Below, in pieces: positions 39,950 to 54,186 of a DNA stretch of 64,000 nt. The stretch's first letter is position 1; each line of letters opens with the position of its first letter. Source of the DNA: a virus (Duplodnaviria > Caudoviricetes). Both the position numbers and the translations under genes were made by a program. The notes under the pieces were generated by a model, which was given only the letters and a program-made list of their open reading frames with translations, did not search any database and had not been told where the DNA came from. The stretch covers positions 1 through 64,000 of IMG/VR virus record IMGVR_UViG_3300029305_003961, one strand, 5' to 3'.

Positions 39950-40315
39950 TCATTCCTCTATCATAAACATAATTGCGGAAAGTTCTTGATATGATAGTTC
40001 AATATTATCAAAATCAGAAAGTTTAAACATATGAATTGGAATATCTTGCTCTAATTCATATAAATCAGTAAGTTCTTTATTTGCGGCCGCAATATTCTCG
40101 GGTGGAATATCATAGCCATTTTGTGCTTCATTTACTGTACCGAACTGCGCGCCAATTGATAGACGCGCTTGTTCGATTTCCTGAGAAGCCTATTGGATTA
40201 ATTGAATATTTTTTTGTAGATAGAAATTAATCCGAACTGGTAATTTTATATTACAATTAGAAAATATGGATAACTTTTGTCCATATTCATAAATTTTTTG
40301 ATTTGTTAAGTTCAT
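39950..40315 (-). CDS. Small tail-module protein (DUF1617-like), 121 aa, 1 TAG
   Basis: Reads M.LTN..IY.....KLPVRINFYLQKN...; SD AAGGAG; TGA stop. Confidence 0.65.
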
Positions 40316-40349
40316 TATTTAATTACTCCTTTTACTCTTTTTATTAATT

Positions 40350-43300
40350 TTAGCCAGTACTGCCTAAAATTTGTTTCATACCATACCACAATCGTAGCCA
40401 GCTTATAAATTTATAATCTGTATTAGACGCCGCACCATTGTTCCACTAATTAATTTCTTTTATGTATATACCTCTAGAAGTTAAAATTGGTATTTGATAC
40501 TAATAAGTAGATACACCATTGCTTACACTAGAATGGATTAAGGTGTTTTCATTAGCTTCATCTTCAGTTGACAAGGCCCAACCATCATATCCCGTTAGAT
40601 CAAAAGCAATAGAATCTATTGATGGTAAATTACTAGTATTAAATTTACTAATTTTCCAGCCTCCAATGTTTCCACCTTCTTTAGCTGTAATTGTACCTTC
40701 AATGGTTGCTCCTGTACAAGTTAACTCTCCGGTAGTTTCAACTTTAAAAGCATAGCCTCCGCTCGCTTTTTTGACTCCGAATGCAACTTTATTATCAAGT
40801 GCGCTCTTTAATCCATTAACACCAGATTGTGGAATTGTCGCTCCATCCACTAGCGTAAGTGTTTTAGCAATAATATCGCCTTTAACTGTTACGTTGCCAT
40901 TGCTTTCAATAGTAAAATTATCACCAAATTTAACTTTTGAAGAATTAATTGAGAATTTTCCATCACTGGCGCTAAAACTTCCACTAAGTACAGCTCCAGT
41001 AGCATAGAGTGTACCTTCTGAATCAACGCCAAAATTGGCTGAAGTACCCTTAATACCATTGCGACCCAAAAGTAAACGCCAATCATTTTTTTTCATGTTA
41101 GCTATCGTAACGTAGTCTGAAGTGGTCCAAGAATTATAAAAATAAGAAGTACCGCCCTCATCTCTTAATCCTTTATCGGCTATCATCCATCCGGCTATAT
41201 TTCCTTCATGCGCTGTTATAGTTCCAGAGAATGTTCCATTACCATGAATTGTAAGACCCTTTTCATCTATTATTAAAGCCTCTTTTGATGTTCCTCGCTC
41301 TGATAAAACGCTCCAACCGCCACTATTATTATTTAAATATCTTCTATATATAAAAGTAACTGTATCCCCCGCTTTTACTTCTGGAGCATATAGCTTGCTA
41401 CCCTCATACACTACATCCTCATAGCCTGTTGGTTTTTCCTCATGACATATGTCATTGGTATCAATAATTCTAATTGCTATAGCAGGTTTATTATCTTCGC
41501 TTTCTACACGCTCATTACCTTTCTTAAATACAACATCTAAAATTATTCCTTCATCATATAATTCGTAATCTTCTGAACCCTATTCTCTACCTATATAAGG
41601 GAATTCTGGAGGAACTCTAACCTCTTTAACCATCTCGTCTGGATCAGTCCAACATATTCCTTGCCATCCGGGTGATTCATTGCTTATATTAAAAACTGCT
41701 CTTCCTTTATTATCAACCGTAAAACGATTAGCAAAATTAATCCCATTGGAATTTACTATAAAATTACCGGCTTCTAATCCGCCTTTAAAAGTACCAAATG
41801 CACCAGTAATATCTCCTTTAAAAAAGGCATTACCATTAGCATCTATATAAAAGTTCTTACTATGCAAATCCCCATCTTTTAGGTTAATATACATACCGGC
41901 ATCTGTATAGCCATTTATAATATTTTGAAAATTTCCTGATTGAATAATACCTTGTGCGCCATCAAATTCAATGCGGCCCGCACCACTTTTGCCAATAAAT
42001 GCAGTACCATTATCACGAAAACCGTATACCTAAGCACCATCTTTATAACCATATAGCCCAGTATTATAACCAGTAGTAGCATCAATATTTTTTACATCAC
42101 CCAAAATAACACCACTAAAAGTATTGTTATTATTTTTCTTTACACCAAAAACAGCAGCCGCACTTAAAATTTGATTATTTTCTTCATCAATTGTTAATGC
42201 GCCATTCCAATTATTGAGAACTTCAGAACCATATTTATACTATTGTATAATAATTGGTTGAGTATATAAAATTTCATTATTATTACTTGCTATTAGTACA
42301 CAATAAGTTGCTTGTGCTTCGCTTATATAGATAGATGGTACCAATAATGAGCCATCTTTAATTTGTGGTAAAATGTTTAAATTACTAGGATTGGTTATCT
42401 TTTCATTTTTGTTATTACGATAAGAAATGCTCCAAGAACATTCAATTATTGTACCATCTCGATTAAATAACTGTAACTTTGGTATTTTAGTTTTTAAAGC
42501 ACCAAAGGAATCATAAATAATTTTTGTTGGTACTGAAGCATAATAACTATCATTTTGAGAATAAATAACTGGATAAATAGTTTTTAAGGTAATTTTTTGT
42601 CCTGCCCAAGTAATTAATGAGCCTTTGGCTGTTGCCACTATTGTATTATAATATTCGGGTAGGTGTTTGTTATTTTCATCTAAACCACTTGGCAATAATT
42701 CATAAGAACGCCCTAAAACGGTGTCTCCTTCAAGGCTGATATCTTTACCCTATGGGTCAATTAAATTAACATTAAAGTGTTGAATTAATGCTTCTCCATC
42801 TTTAAAGCCAAACTCGCGCCCATCATTTGGTCGGACAATGAGCGTATAATCTGTACCGCTATTACCCTAAGATGAAAAAGCCAAAGATTTTATTGCTGTT
42901 AATATAAATCCATTATGCTCAATAATACATGTAATTGTATTATTGCGCGCGGTATCTACATATACAGATTTTAATTTATACTAAAAAGTAGTAATATCAT
43001 CAAAGTTTTCTGAAGTAATTGTTTCAGATTCTATGTTCTTTGCTGATATCATTGTATTGTCATTTGGAATCGTCCAGGTAATTTTCGCTCCATACCAGTA
43101 TTCTTTTTCAATTTTACCAAGATTCCATTCCCAATCAAATTTTACTGTACGAGTTTTATAAGCCTCGCCAGCTATGGCTTGATTATCTTCTCCATAAATA
43201 GCATAAGCATCTTGCGTCTAATCACCATTTATAATTTTAATTTTAACATCAGTTCCTAACACTAAGTGTGTTTTGTCCGTATTATTAGTAAATGTTATAA

Positions 43301-44519
43301 TATTTGACTTATATTGTGTGCCATTCAGCCAGATTATAGCATATACATCAGTTGAAGCAAGTTGCGGAATACACTGAGCCACTAAAATTTGATTTTCTTC
43401 TATAGTTTTTTCTGAATTATATTCCTATACTGATTTGGAAACACCATTTTCTCCATCAGCATACCATTCAATCCAATAATAATTTTGGCCATCAGTAATC
43501 TCTTCTTCGCCTTTGGCCTTATCTTTATCAAATTTGCCGTCTTTAAAACCCAAAAATTTATTTCCCTCGCCCTTATTATACCAAATAAGTTCGATATATT
43601 TCTCCGCATCTTCTTTGCCCTAATATTTTAGAGAACTATTGGTTACAATTTTAACCGTATTGTCTTCCACTTGAGAGACATCAGTTCCAAAAAAGATTTG
43701 AATATTACGAACAAAAATATTTGACTAAACTTCATTATCAGAAATTTTATTAAAAGGAATGGCAATAGGTGCATCTTCAGTTCCATCATCGTAATAAAAA
43801 TTACCATCTTGATATAAATACCAAACAAGTCTTTTAATAGTTCCAATAGAGAAATTAAACTTATAGGCTTGGGATTGCGCGGCCCACGCGGCATAGGCGT
43901 ACGGACGTCCAAACATATCACGGCTACTGTCTAGCATAAAAGTAGCAATTTCTTTATCGTTCTCGTCAAACGCTTTTACCATTAGACCATAGGCGCCAGA
44001 TTCCATATCATAATTATCAAGTAAACATCTAAAATCTGCCTAAATACAAAGAGTATCATTTATTAAAGTATTTATAGGAGTTTCAATACTTCCAATCTCT
44101 TTAATAAGGGCTCCTGCGATTGGATTACCTTCACTATCATAACTACAGTTGGCGGCTACGTCAGCGCCACCGAAACCGTTCGCAAGGTTTTCGGTTAATT
44201 GCGCCACTTTTTCTAAAGGTGACACATAGGTGATAGGCTGGTTATCTTCGTCGCCAGTATAACGGCCGGTAATCAACTTGCGCGCCGTCCAATCTCCTTT
44301 GGGTATGGTTACATAAACCTACGCATCATTATAATAATGAGTTGTTTCCGTATACGCATCAAAGGTAATTGAACCATCAGTCACTTTATAATGTCCGTTC
44401 TTTTTATCACTGTCATCAACAATCGTACAGATAATAGTTTCATCGAATTGTAATTCTGATAAGCGCTATGCGACCACTGTATCAATTGCTGTCAATAATA
44501 TTTCATTATAATCCTTCAT
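40350..44519 (-). CDS. Large tail tip/central fibre protein, about 1389 aa, many TAG
   Basis: ORFs starting at 44276, 44006, 42695, 41894 and 41411 are co-framed. Motifs NTFSGVIFGDV, AFIGKSGAGRIEFDG and Gly-rich beta repeats (GTITAHEGNIAGW, GTITAKEGGNIGGW). Confidence 0.75.
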
Positions 44520-44547
44520 AAAAGGTCTCTCCTTTCTCTCCATTATT

Positions 44548-44593
44548 CTATTTATTATCAAAAATCTTCAATTTCAATTTGTTTATATCGTCC
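44548..44593 (-). promoter_or_regulatory. Candidate phage-specific promoter motif (copy 6, before the tail tip genes)
   Basis: The - strand reads GGAC-N9-AAA-N16-TTGATAATAAATAG. Confidence 0.55.
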
Positions 44594-44600
44594 TCAAAAG

Positions 44601-44637
44601 AAAAAGAGGCAAGGTAGTTTCTTCTACCTTGCCTCTA
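44601..44637 (-). terminator. Intrinsic terminator after the tape measure gene
   Basis: AGAGGCAAGGTAG-TTTCTT-CTACCTTGCCTCT, preceded on + by an A tract (a T tract on -). Confidence 0.85.
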
Positions 44638-44645
44638 TTATAACA

Positions 44646-47600
44646 TTATTTTTTACGATTAGCAAATTGAGACGCGCGGTTGATAAGAGTATCAAAGGCT
44701 GCTTCAATTTCACCACGATTAGTTGCGTTCGGGAATTCTGCGTGAATTGTAACTTCTTGTTGTAGAGAGTTATTTGATGGCATTACTGCCGGTCTATACA
44801 TCTCGTTTAAAGCGGCCTATTGAGCGGCTGCCCGCAAATCTATTACGTGAGAAATATCTCTTATAATATGAATTGCTGATAAGAAGTTTTCTGTATCATC
44901 GGCATTCAGAACGATTTCCTTTTGGTGAAGCATCGCTAGACGTCCTCCAGAACCCCAAGCGCCTGTATAACCGCCAGTGTCGAACTAATCCCACGTCACT
45001 GGGGTGCGTGGTCCCCCGCCTGTGTAAAGGGCTCGAGCAATTATATTGGGAGTAATTCCTAATTCTTTTGCCATTAATCTGGCAATTTCTTCTTTAATAT
45101 AAAAAGTTCTTCCACCATAATTAAAATAACCATAATCCTAATGGTCGTCAATTATTAAACCATTAATATCACTCTTTCGTACTGTAAGCCCGGTATATGC
45201 ACCTTGTCCAGTTTTACCATCTTCTTTATTAAAAAAAGCTTTCTCTACGTGGAACGTAGTTTCAGGGGGGTTGGGCTCCTCAGGTGGATTGGGCTCTTCG
45301 GGCGGAATTGTGCCCTCAGGCTTTCCTTTATTTGGGTCTCCTTCTTCCGGATTATAATCACCAGAAAGGTCTGGTTTTTCTTCAACGACACGTTTGTATA
45401 AAGCCAAAATATTTGAAATACTTGATGCAACTTCATTGTTTTTATTTATAACTGCCTAAACGGTATTAGAATATTTAGTTGCCCAAGTACTAGCCTCATC
45501 TAAAATTTTATCATAAGCAGTGTCAAACTTTGTTTCCATATCGGTAGCAGACTACGCAGTATCTTTATTATCCTATTGAATGTCTTTAGTTTTTTCATCA
45601 ACAGTTTTCTCAAAATTTTCGACATCTTTACCAGCCAGGTCAAAAGCAGTATTTACATCATTTTTCCAATCAGAATAATGTCCCGCTAAAGCGTCTAGCA
45701 AAATGTCACTATTAGTAACAAAATTACTTAACGCGCCTTCGGCAGTGGTATAACCAGTAGTCTAAGCATAAATAGTTTCATTAAAATTATCGCGCCATTC
45801 AATTTCTTTACTAATTTTATAGCCAGTTTTTTCATTGTAGGCTAGCCAGTCATTCTGATAAATATAGGCGCTATCTTCTATTGCGCCATTCATTTGCTTT
45901 AAGTGATACTCGTACAAACCGGTGTAATAAGCACGCACTTCTTCGACCGCCCTCAAATATTGCTCCTCAGACTCATAAGCATTTTTATCAATAGCAGCAA
46001 TTGCATCAGCCATCTAAGCAGGAATTTCAATAAGGGCCGATTCCATTTCATCAATATAATTTTGAGTTAACTCTTGATAAGCATAAAGTTTATCTTCATA
46101 TCCCTACTGGGCTCCTGCAACAGCATCCTAATCAGCAGTATAAACATAACTCCAATTGCCTTCACTATCACGACGCATACGAACTTGAGACTTAGCATTT
46201 TGCGCCTCTTCAAGAGCAATTTCAGCCAGCCTTAATTCATAACGAGCGCGTAATTCATCCACTTCATACTGGGTCATTTCAGTATTAGATTCTTGAAGAT
46301 TATTAATTTCTTCTTGTAAATCTCTTAACTTAGTTTTGGCTACCACGCTATCAGTATCATCTATGGATTTGGTTAAATCTCTATTTAATTTAGATAACTC
46401 ATAAATTTTCTAATAATCATCCAAATAACGCTCAGAAATTTCTTTCTGCTACTCAAATCGCTGAGATAGTACATCATTGGAGCCAGCAATACCAGCCATT
46501 GCATCTTTAAACGTTTGAACTGTATTATTGACAGCTTCATCAAACGCATCTGCCGCTGCCTACAAGGCATTTTCCCAAGAGGACATAAATGCTTCTTCAG
46601 CAGAAGTTAACTCTTTTTCCAAATTTTTAATTGTTTCATCCCAACGAGTTTTTTCTTCATCGCTTAACTAATCAGCAATGGCATTATATTCTGCTAAAGT
46701 ATCATCATATATAGCTTTATTGGTATCGAATTTAGCCTTCGCCGCTTGTAATTCAGCTTGAGCCCCTTCTACAGAAGCACGAGATAAATTAGCCATAACC
46801 TAATCACTAATACCTAATGCGTCTTGCCCCACTAAATCAATAATATTACGATAATTTTCGAGTAAAGAGTTATTGTGTGAAATAGATTCACTTTGTTCAT
46901 CTAGTTTAGAATTCATTTCCTCGACAGCTGCGACCACTTTTTCGTGAACAGTATCGCCTATATTATTTAACTCTTCATTAGCCTCCCAAAGAGCCTCTTG
47001 ATATTCAGTAAGTGCACTAACTTGTGCATTAGTTAACTGCTTACCATCTAAAACTGACATATTGCCACCAATAAGGGCTTCGATATTCGCATCTGTTAAA
47101 CCGCTTTGGCTAAAAGTCTTATAGATACCGGTTTCATAAGCTTCTATTTTTTTCAGGGCCAGTTCTGCTTGCTAACCTAAAGTAGCAATAGCATCAGCGG
47201 CATCATCAATTGGATCATCAAGATTTTTTAATTGATGTTCTAAAGCATTAAATAGATAACCAATTTTTTCTACCGTATGCTCGACCACATATTGAATTTC
47301 TTCTATTTTAGAATCAGCAATTTCATTATTTTTATCAAGAAGTTTCTACTACTCTTCTTCTAATCCGTTTAGAGATGCTTCATACTATTTTACAGCTTTA
47401 ACAAATTTTTCATATTCTTCTTCATCGCCTGAGATATTATACTTGTCAATTTGAGCCTAATAAAGTTCTTCATAGTTAGTAATGCGTCCGTGTGAATCGC
47501 GTCCCGCGCCATATTCTGCTAAAACGTCCCAGTCTTTATTGACATCCTCCCTCATTGCCTTAACAAGGGCTTCCTAAGTTGCCAATTGCTTCTCCAAAAC

Positions 47601-50600
47601 CACTTGCTCTTGCTTCATATAAGCAAGTTTATCAGGACCCCAGGCACGGTCTTTAGCATCAGTAATGCGCTTATATTCGCGTTCTAAATCAGATAAAGTT
47701 TCTTTTATATAGTGATATCTTTCAATTTCATCATCTATGCGCTTATTGCGCTTTTCAATATCTTTTAAGATATTGTCATTAATAATATCCGTAGCATTAC
47801 CTATATACTATAATTGACCAATAATACCATCTTTATCAAAGTAAGCCTAATAGCCATAAGAAGCCAAAATGGTTTGAGCCTATTCTCCAGTTAATTTTAA
47901 AGAGGTAATCAAACCCTATGCCCACTTTGTTAATTCGCTATTGCTATCAAATGTAGCGCCAATTTTTAAGCTATTTGCATTTGCATAAGTCTATAAAACA
48001 TTTAAAATACCCTAAATTTCACCTGGTAACTATTCAAAATTAGTTATACCAGTAATTTCTAAAACTATTTGTTCTCCAGCCGCGTCTCTAAGTTTCTCAA
48101 TAGCTTCAAGGTCTCCTGTAACCGCAGCACCAATTAAAGCCTAGTATTCTAAAATAAAATTATCCGATAAATATTCATCAGATATATCTAATAGATTGCT
48201 TAAAGCGGTTTTAGTTTCTTCCATTGCCTAAGTGTATTGGGAAGTACCAAATCCACTATTAATACCTTGAGACCAATTACTCCAATTATTTACTAAATCT
48301 TCTAAACCATTATTAATTCGCAGATGTGCTTGAGCAACCTGTAGAGCATAAACCTTATTGTTTTTTAAATCTTCACTAACGGTTTCAACGGCTCCAGCCA
48401 TTTCATATAAAGCTTCAGCGTGAGTTTCTACCTATTCACTATCAATTCCAAGTGCTTTATTTTCTGTTTCTAACTATTCAATAAATTTAGCTTCTGCTTC
48501 TGCTGCTTCTTGCATTTTGGTCTCATACTTATCTATTGACTAGCGTTTTTCATTGGCCTCATTATAGGCTTTAACAGCTTTGTCGGTTTTAATTTGAATA
48601 TCACTATCTTCGAAATTTGGAATATAAACATCTTTTATCCATTTATAAAATTTTGAACTATCCTACTCATCAAAAGTGCCGACTTTTTTAGCCTATGCAA
48701 TTAAAGTATCAACAAAATCCTTGGGCAATCCTATGCGCTCAGGATCGGTTAACCACTCTCGTATATCCTCTTCTGTCTCGGCTACACCAGTTATAGAAGA
48801 AGAATTAGGCAAAGTTTTATCTCTAAAAAACTAATATTGCTCTGACTAGAGAATATCTCGTTTAGCTTCTAGCTCTTCTTTTTCTACTTGTAACTTATAA
48901 ACTTCTGCTTCGGTTGGAACATTTTCCAATTGTGCCTAGGCTTTTGCATATTCTTGTTCAGCAATCTGTAATCCCTATACCACTTCATAAGTGGATTGAG
49001 TTTGAGAGCTACTGCGACTCTATTCAATAAGTTCTAAAACTTCTCTATCAGATTTTTTAAGCCATTCGGTTTTTTCTTCTATCGTGAGGTCTTCTTTATT
49101 TTTACCCAAGAAAGTAGCCACTTGAGCCAAATAAGCCTCACGACCCTATCCTTCTCCAGTGCCCCATCGATTATTGCTTGTTATAAATTTTGTAAATTTA
49201 TCATTGGCGGTAATATTTAAACCAATCTATTGACTTTCCCACCACTCTTTACCAATCTCAAAAGCATCTTTAAATTCATTTAAAGTCTAATCTTTATCTA
49301 AATCTAATTTCCATAATAAAGTCTAATCATCCTCAGAAAGAGAATTATACCATTGCTCAAAACCATTAGGCATAGATTTAAGCATTTCCGTAATATAATT
49401 CTCAATTGCAACTCTTAAATTTTCATTTGAAATAGTAGAAGTATCAAGCCTTAATAATGTACCTAAATTATCTACATTAAAATTATCTAGTGTGCCAGTA
49501 TCTTCATTATAAGCGGATAAAATACTATTAATAAGAGTTTGAACCGCTCCACCAGCTTTTAAATTTTCAACAGCCGCTTTAGTTTCCGATACTAATAAAT
49601 CAATATAATTTTCTTGATCCTATAAAGTTTTCCATTCACCGTATATTTTAGCTATCTCATTTTGATGATATTTATCTTTTTCACCCTGATTAACCCAGTT
49701 ATCATTTTCATCTTTCTTTTGAAGAGTCCAACCTACTCCGCCAAGGTTTGTAAAGCGATATTGCTCTGGGTCATATCCCATTGCCTTTATGGCTTCAGTG
49801 GCCCATTCACTTTCATCGCCCCATCCGGATAAACCTGAAAGAAATTCTTCTGCATATTTAGCATTACTTGCTTCAATTTCCTCTTTAGAATAAGCTCTTT
49901 CAGCGACATATGAGCTATTTACGTCATTAAGCTTATCTGAATACATAGCAATAAAAGCATTTTTCCAATCAGTTTTTTCTTGTAAGTTTTCTTTATTTAT
50001 TTGTTTTGTTAATTCTTTAAGAGCTTCGCTATTTTCAACTAAAGAATTAATAAGTTTTATATCTTTAATCCCTAAATCATCTAAGGATTTTCGTAATTCA
50101 GTTTCAGACGCAAAAACAGCATAATTGCTTTCTTCGGCCTTGGCAGCTAAGTCTTCTAACAGCTATTTTTCCGCTTCAGTATCTTGGTCTAATAGAGCTC
50201 CTGTAATTCCACCGGCTGCAAGACCAGCAGCAGCAGCACCTGCAATAATAGGTAAAGAGGCGCCTGCGGTCATTATGGTTAGAACAGTAGCGGCTAAAGC
50301 TGCAGTGGCCGCTCCACCAAGTCCTAAAGCTCCAGCGGTTCCAGCACCTTCTGCAGAACTTTGCATAGATTTTTGTGCAAAACCGACTTTATCAGCCTCT
50401 AATCGCGCCTAATCAGCCTAGCTAGAACTTAAAATTTTAGCACTTTGCGCATTTAGTAGTTTTTTCTATTCTAAACTCTATGCACGCTCTAGCTCTGCCT
50501 CTGAAATATTAATTAAGCCATTTTCATCTATTGTATAACTTAATTCATCCTATTTTTCCAAAAGTGCCATGGCGGATTCATTAGCCTCTTGGATTGCATC

Positions 50601-53600
50601 ATTATATTCAAGAGTACCTTTTGTTAATTCCTTTAGGCCCTCTCTTGCGGATTCATAGTTAGAAACAGTATTATTAAGTTCTTCATAACTAGCTTTGGCT
50701 TCGTCAAAACCGGCACTAACTGCTTTTGCCAGAGCTTTGGCTTGTTCAGCAGCTTTTTCTTCTTTTTTACGGTTAGCATCTACAGCAGTTGCCATAATAG
50801 CAATTCCTGCAACAACAATAGCTATAGCGGCTGCTATACCACCCATAGTCATTAATAATTCTTTACCGCTGGTAGATAAGGCTGGTATATTTGATTTTCC
50901 AGCTTTTCCCTGTACTCCATTTACCACAGTATCTTGAACCTAAGCAGCAGTTTCCTTTTTTTGTTCTTTTTTCATGGTATTGGATGCGGCTGCAGTCTTA
51001 AGTTTTTGCTTTTCTAAACGTTTTTCAGAAGCTTCATTAAGCATATTAATCATAGAGTCTTTTAATTTGGCTTGACGAAGTTCATTAAATGCACTAACAG
51101 CCATAGGAAGCACCATGCCCAACGAGGTACTAATACTTAAAAGTTTATCTCCCCAAGACATGTCCTCATTATTTAAGACATCTAGCGCGCCCTTTAAAGT
51201 ACTTAATACCATAGTTATTGTCATCGTCATATTGGCAACAAACTATAACCTTTGGCCAAATTCCATGGCATAAAAACTACTATCTCGTAAAATAGGACTT
51301 AGCCCTTCTAAAGCCTAAGATTCAGCCATAATATGCTTCTAAGTTTCTCCAGCTCCAACTCCTGCTTGTCGCTATCCTTGAATAAATTCATCAGTAGCAC
51401 CATTGACTTTTGCCTATTGAACTGCATTTTGTTGTAATACATCGGTCTATGATTCTAACGCATTATTTTTTTGTCTTACATTTTCTAAAGCCTAATTTGC
51501 TTTATCTTTAGCAACATCAACATCCTATCCTGATTGTTCAGCTTTTTCTAAATCTAATAAAGCCTATTTGGCTTCTTTTACAGCATTTGCATACTCCTTA
51601 TATTCTTCTCCTAAGTCTTTACCAACTGTATTTTGTAACTAATCAGTTGTACCTTCTGCAGTGGCACCCAATCCCTTAAGGCGAGATTCTAATTCAGTAA
51701 GACTCTTCATCTGCTAAGTAGTATTACCCACTCCACCATTAGCAATAGATGCAAAAGCGCTTTCATTTGAAATTGAAATGGCACTATTTATTTCTGCGGC
51801 CGCAGATGTCTGTTTTATCTAAGTAGCAGATTTATTAAATTCCTACTATGAAGTTTGAATTGCATTAACATCAGATGGAGTTATATTTCTAAGGGCTTTT
51901 GTAGCATTTGCTTTTTGAACACCCGCCTAAGTTCTTAAGCTTTTAATTTCATCGTCTGTGCCACCCTTACCCTCCAATTCCGCTATCTAATTTAGTGTGG
52001 CTTTTAATTTTTCAAGATTCTATAAATACTTCTATACTTGAGTACTTGAATCTCCAAACATAGATGTTAACTCTTCTTCTGTGGAATTAGCACTAATTCC
52101 TAATTCTTTAAATTTCTATTCAACCTATTGTACATCGCTAACAGTCTTAAGGTTTTTAGTCTCAGAAGGAGCTATCTATTTAACCTAATTTATATTTTGA
52201 TTTATATTTTGAGCCTATCTAATTTGACTATTAAATTCTAGATTTTTAGCATATTTTGCCTTATTAGCATCGGTATCTAATTGCATATTTCTAGTAAATT
52301 CTTCTGAGCTATAATATCTTTCATCACTTTTTTCTCTTTCACTCATCTAAACTTCAAAAGCAGCTTTTTGAGTTTCAGTTAAATTTTGTGATTTTTCATT
52401 AAATTCCATTAAAGTTTTTGCTCGGTTTTTAGCACTTTCATTTTGGGCTCCTTCTAAACCATATGAACTAGAATTAAACATATTATTTGCAGCCCATTCT
52501 TTCTACTCTGCCATTTTTTGTCTACCACTAGAAGTTAATGACATAACATTGTTTGCTATAGCAGTAGCACCCGCTGCAATCTATGGAGAAAAAGTGCGTA
52601 ATAAAGCAGTACCAACCAAAGCTAATACGCCTGGTAAACCTCCTAGACCTTCAATCATTTTATCTAAAAGATTTAAAAATCCGGTAAAAGTATCTAATAT
52701 ATCAATAAAAAATTCATCATCTAGTAATTTGCTATAAATCGCTTCCAAAGCCGCTGTCACTCGGTCTGCCGCCGCTTCCCAAGATTCAGCATAAATATCC
52801 TACTATTCTTGTAGCGTTCCAGAAGAGGCATTCGCAGTATTTAAATTTTCCTAGAAATAAGACCAGTTATCCATCAAAGCAATCAATTGAGAGTATTGGC
52901 GTACGCCGGCAACAGTTTGCGCTACAGATACCTACTATGCCTTAGATAGAGTATCCCACTTTTTGCCCATTTCATCCAAAATATCATTCATATCTTTCAG
53001 ATTACCATTAGCATCTAAAATATTAACCCCAATAGTAGCAAGACCTTCTGAGTACTAACCTAAAGTCACTCCATCTTCTAAAGTATTTCCAAGCTCCAAA
53101 TCTTGAATACGGGCAAATAAGGTTTTAAAGGCGGTACCAACTACATCCGCACTCTAACGAGTTGTTGCGGTAACAGTTGCTAGTGCCGCAGTGGCATATT
53201 CATAAGACAGACCTACTGTATTTGCAATGGCAGCAAATTTTTCTAGACCCTCAGAAATCTCATCTGAACTAGAGGCTGTCGCTGCACCCAAAGCAGTTAA
53301 TACATCGGCATAATACTCAAGACTTTTAGTTCCATCATAGAAGTTGTTCCAAACTGCTGTTAATTGGTCAGAAACAGTCTCAACAGATTGTCCAGTAATA
53401 TTGGCTAATTTAATTGTTGTTTCTGCGCGCTCCTATGCCTCTTTCATATTTAAACCCTGTTGGAAATAAATCAAAGAAGCATCGGTCATAGCGGTTGTTG
53501 TTGTACTTAATGCTTTAGCGGCTCTATTTGCCTCATTAGCAAACTCTTTCATTTCTTCAGCACCATAATTGGTAACAATACGAATATTATTTAAAGAGGT

Positions 53601-54107
53601 ATTTAATTCTTTAGTATAATCTACTGCTTCACTTATGCCCTAAACAAATCCCATGATAACACTAGAAGATAGTTGATATCTTAAAGTGTTCATAAAAGTG
53701 GCACCTAAGCGCTATATTCCCTTACTCAAGTTTAGTACTGGCGCTTCGGCAGTGGCAATTGAATAAGCCAACTTATTAAAAGCCTACTGTCCCTACGGAC
53801 CAATGGCTGTGAGTTGGGCTTTATATTTTTCAAGTGTCATTCCACTACTTTTTAATTCCTAATTAAATTTTACTAAATTTAATTTTCCTGTGTCTGCGTT
53901 GAAAGCATTTTGTAACTGAATGCGTAATTGTGCCGCAGCCTAAGAGGCTTTATTCAAATCGGCGGCGTACTAAGTGCCTACGGACGAATGCATAGAAGTG
54001 CTATTAATCTATGCCAAAGAACCTTGTAATTCAGACATAGCTCTTTTAGCAGCACTTACATCAGCACTAAATTTAAGATTTACACCTATAGTTTGATTAC
54101 TTGCCAT
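44646..54107 (-). CDS. Tail tape measure protein, about 3153 aa, dozens of TAG
   Basis: Eight tracked ORF fragments share the frame from ATG 54107 (SD GAAAGGAG) to TAA 44646. Shows an N-terminal TMP domain (LNTSLNNIRIVT, LIYFQQG, VGTAFKTLFAR), central hydrophobic helices and C-terminal FDTGGYTG.W...G.LAMLHQKE.VLN. Not every codon was checked for TAA or TGA. Confidence 0.88.
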
Positions 54108-54135
54108 AATTAAGTTCTCCTTTCTCTCAACAAAA

Positions 54136-54170
54136 TAAAATAAGCGGAAGGATAAAAATCCTTCCGCTTA
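54136..54170 (-). terminator. Intrinsic terminator just upstream of the tape measure gene
   Basis: TAAGCGGAAGGAT-AAAA-ATCCTTCCGCTTA with a T tract on the - strand. Confidence 0.8.
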
Positions 54171-54186
54171 ATCGAAATTTTCTTAT

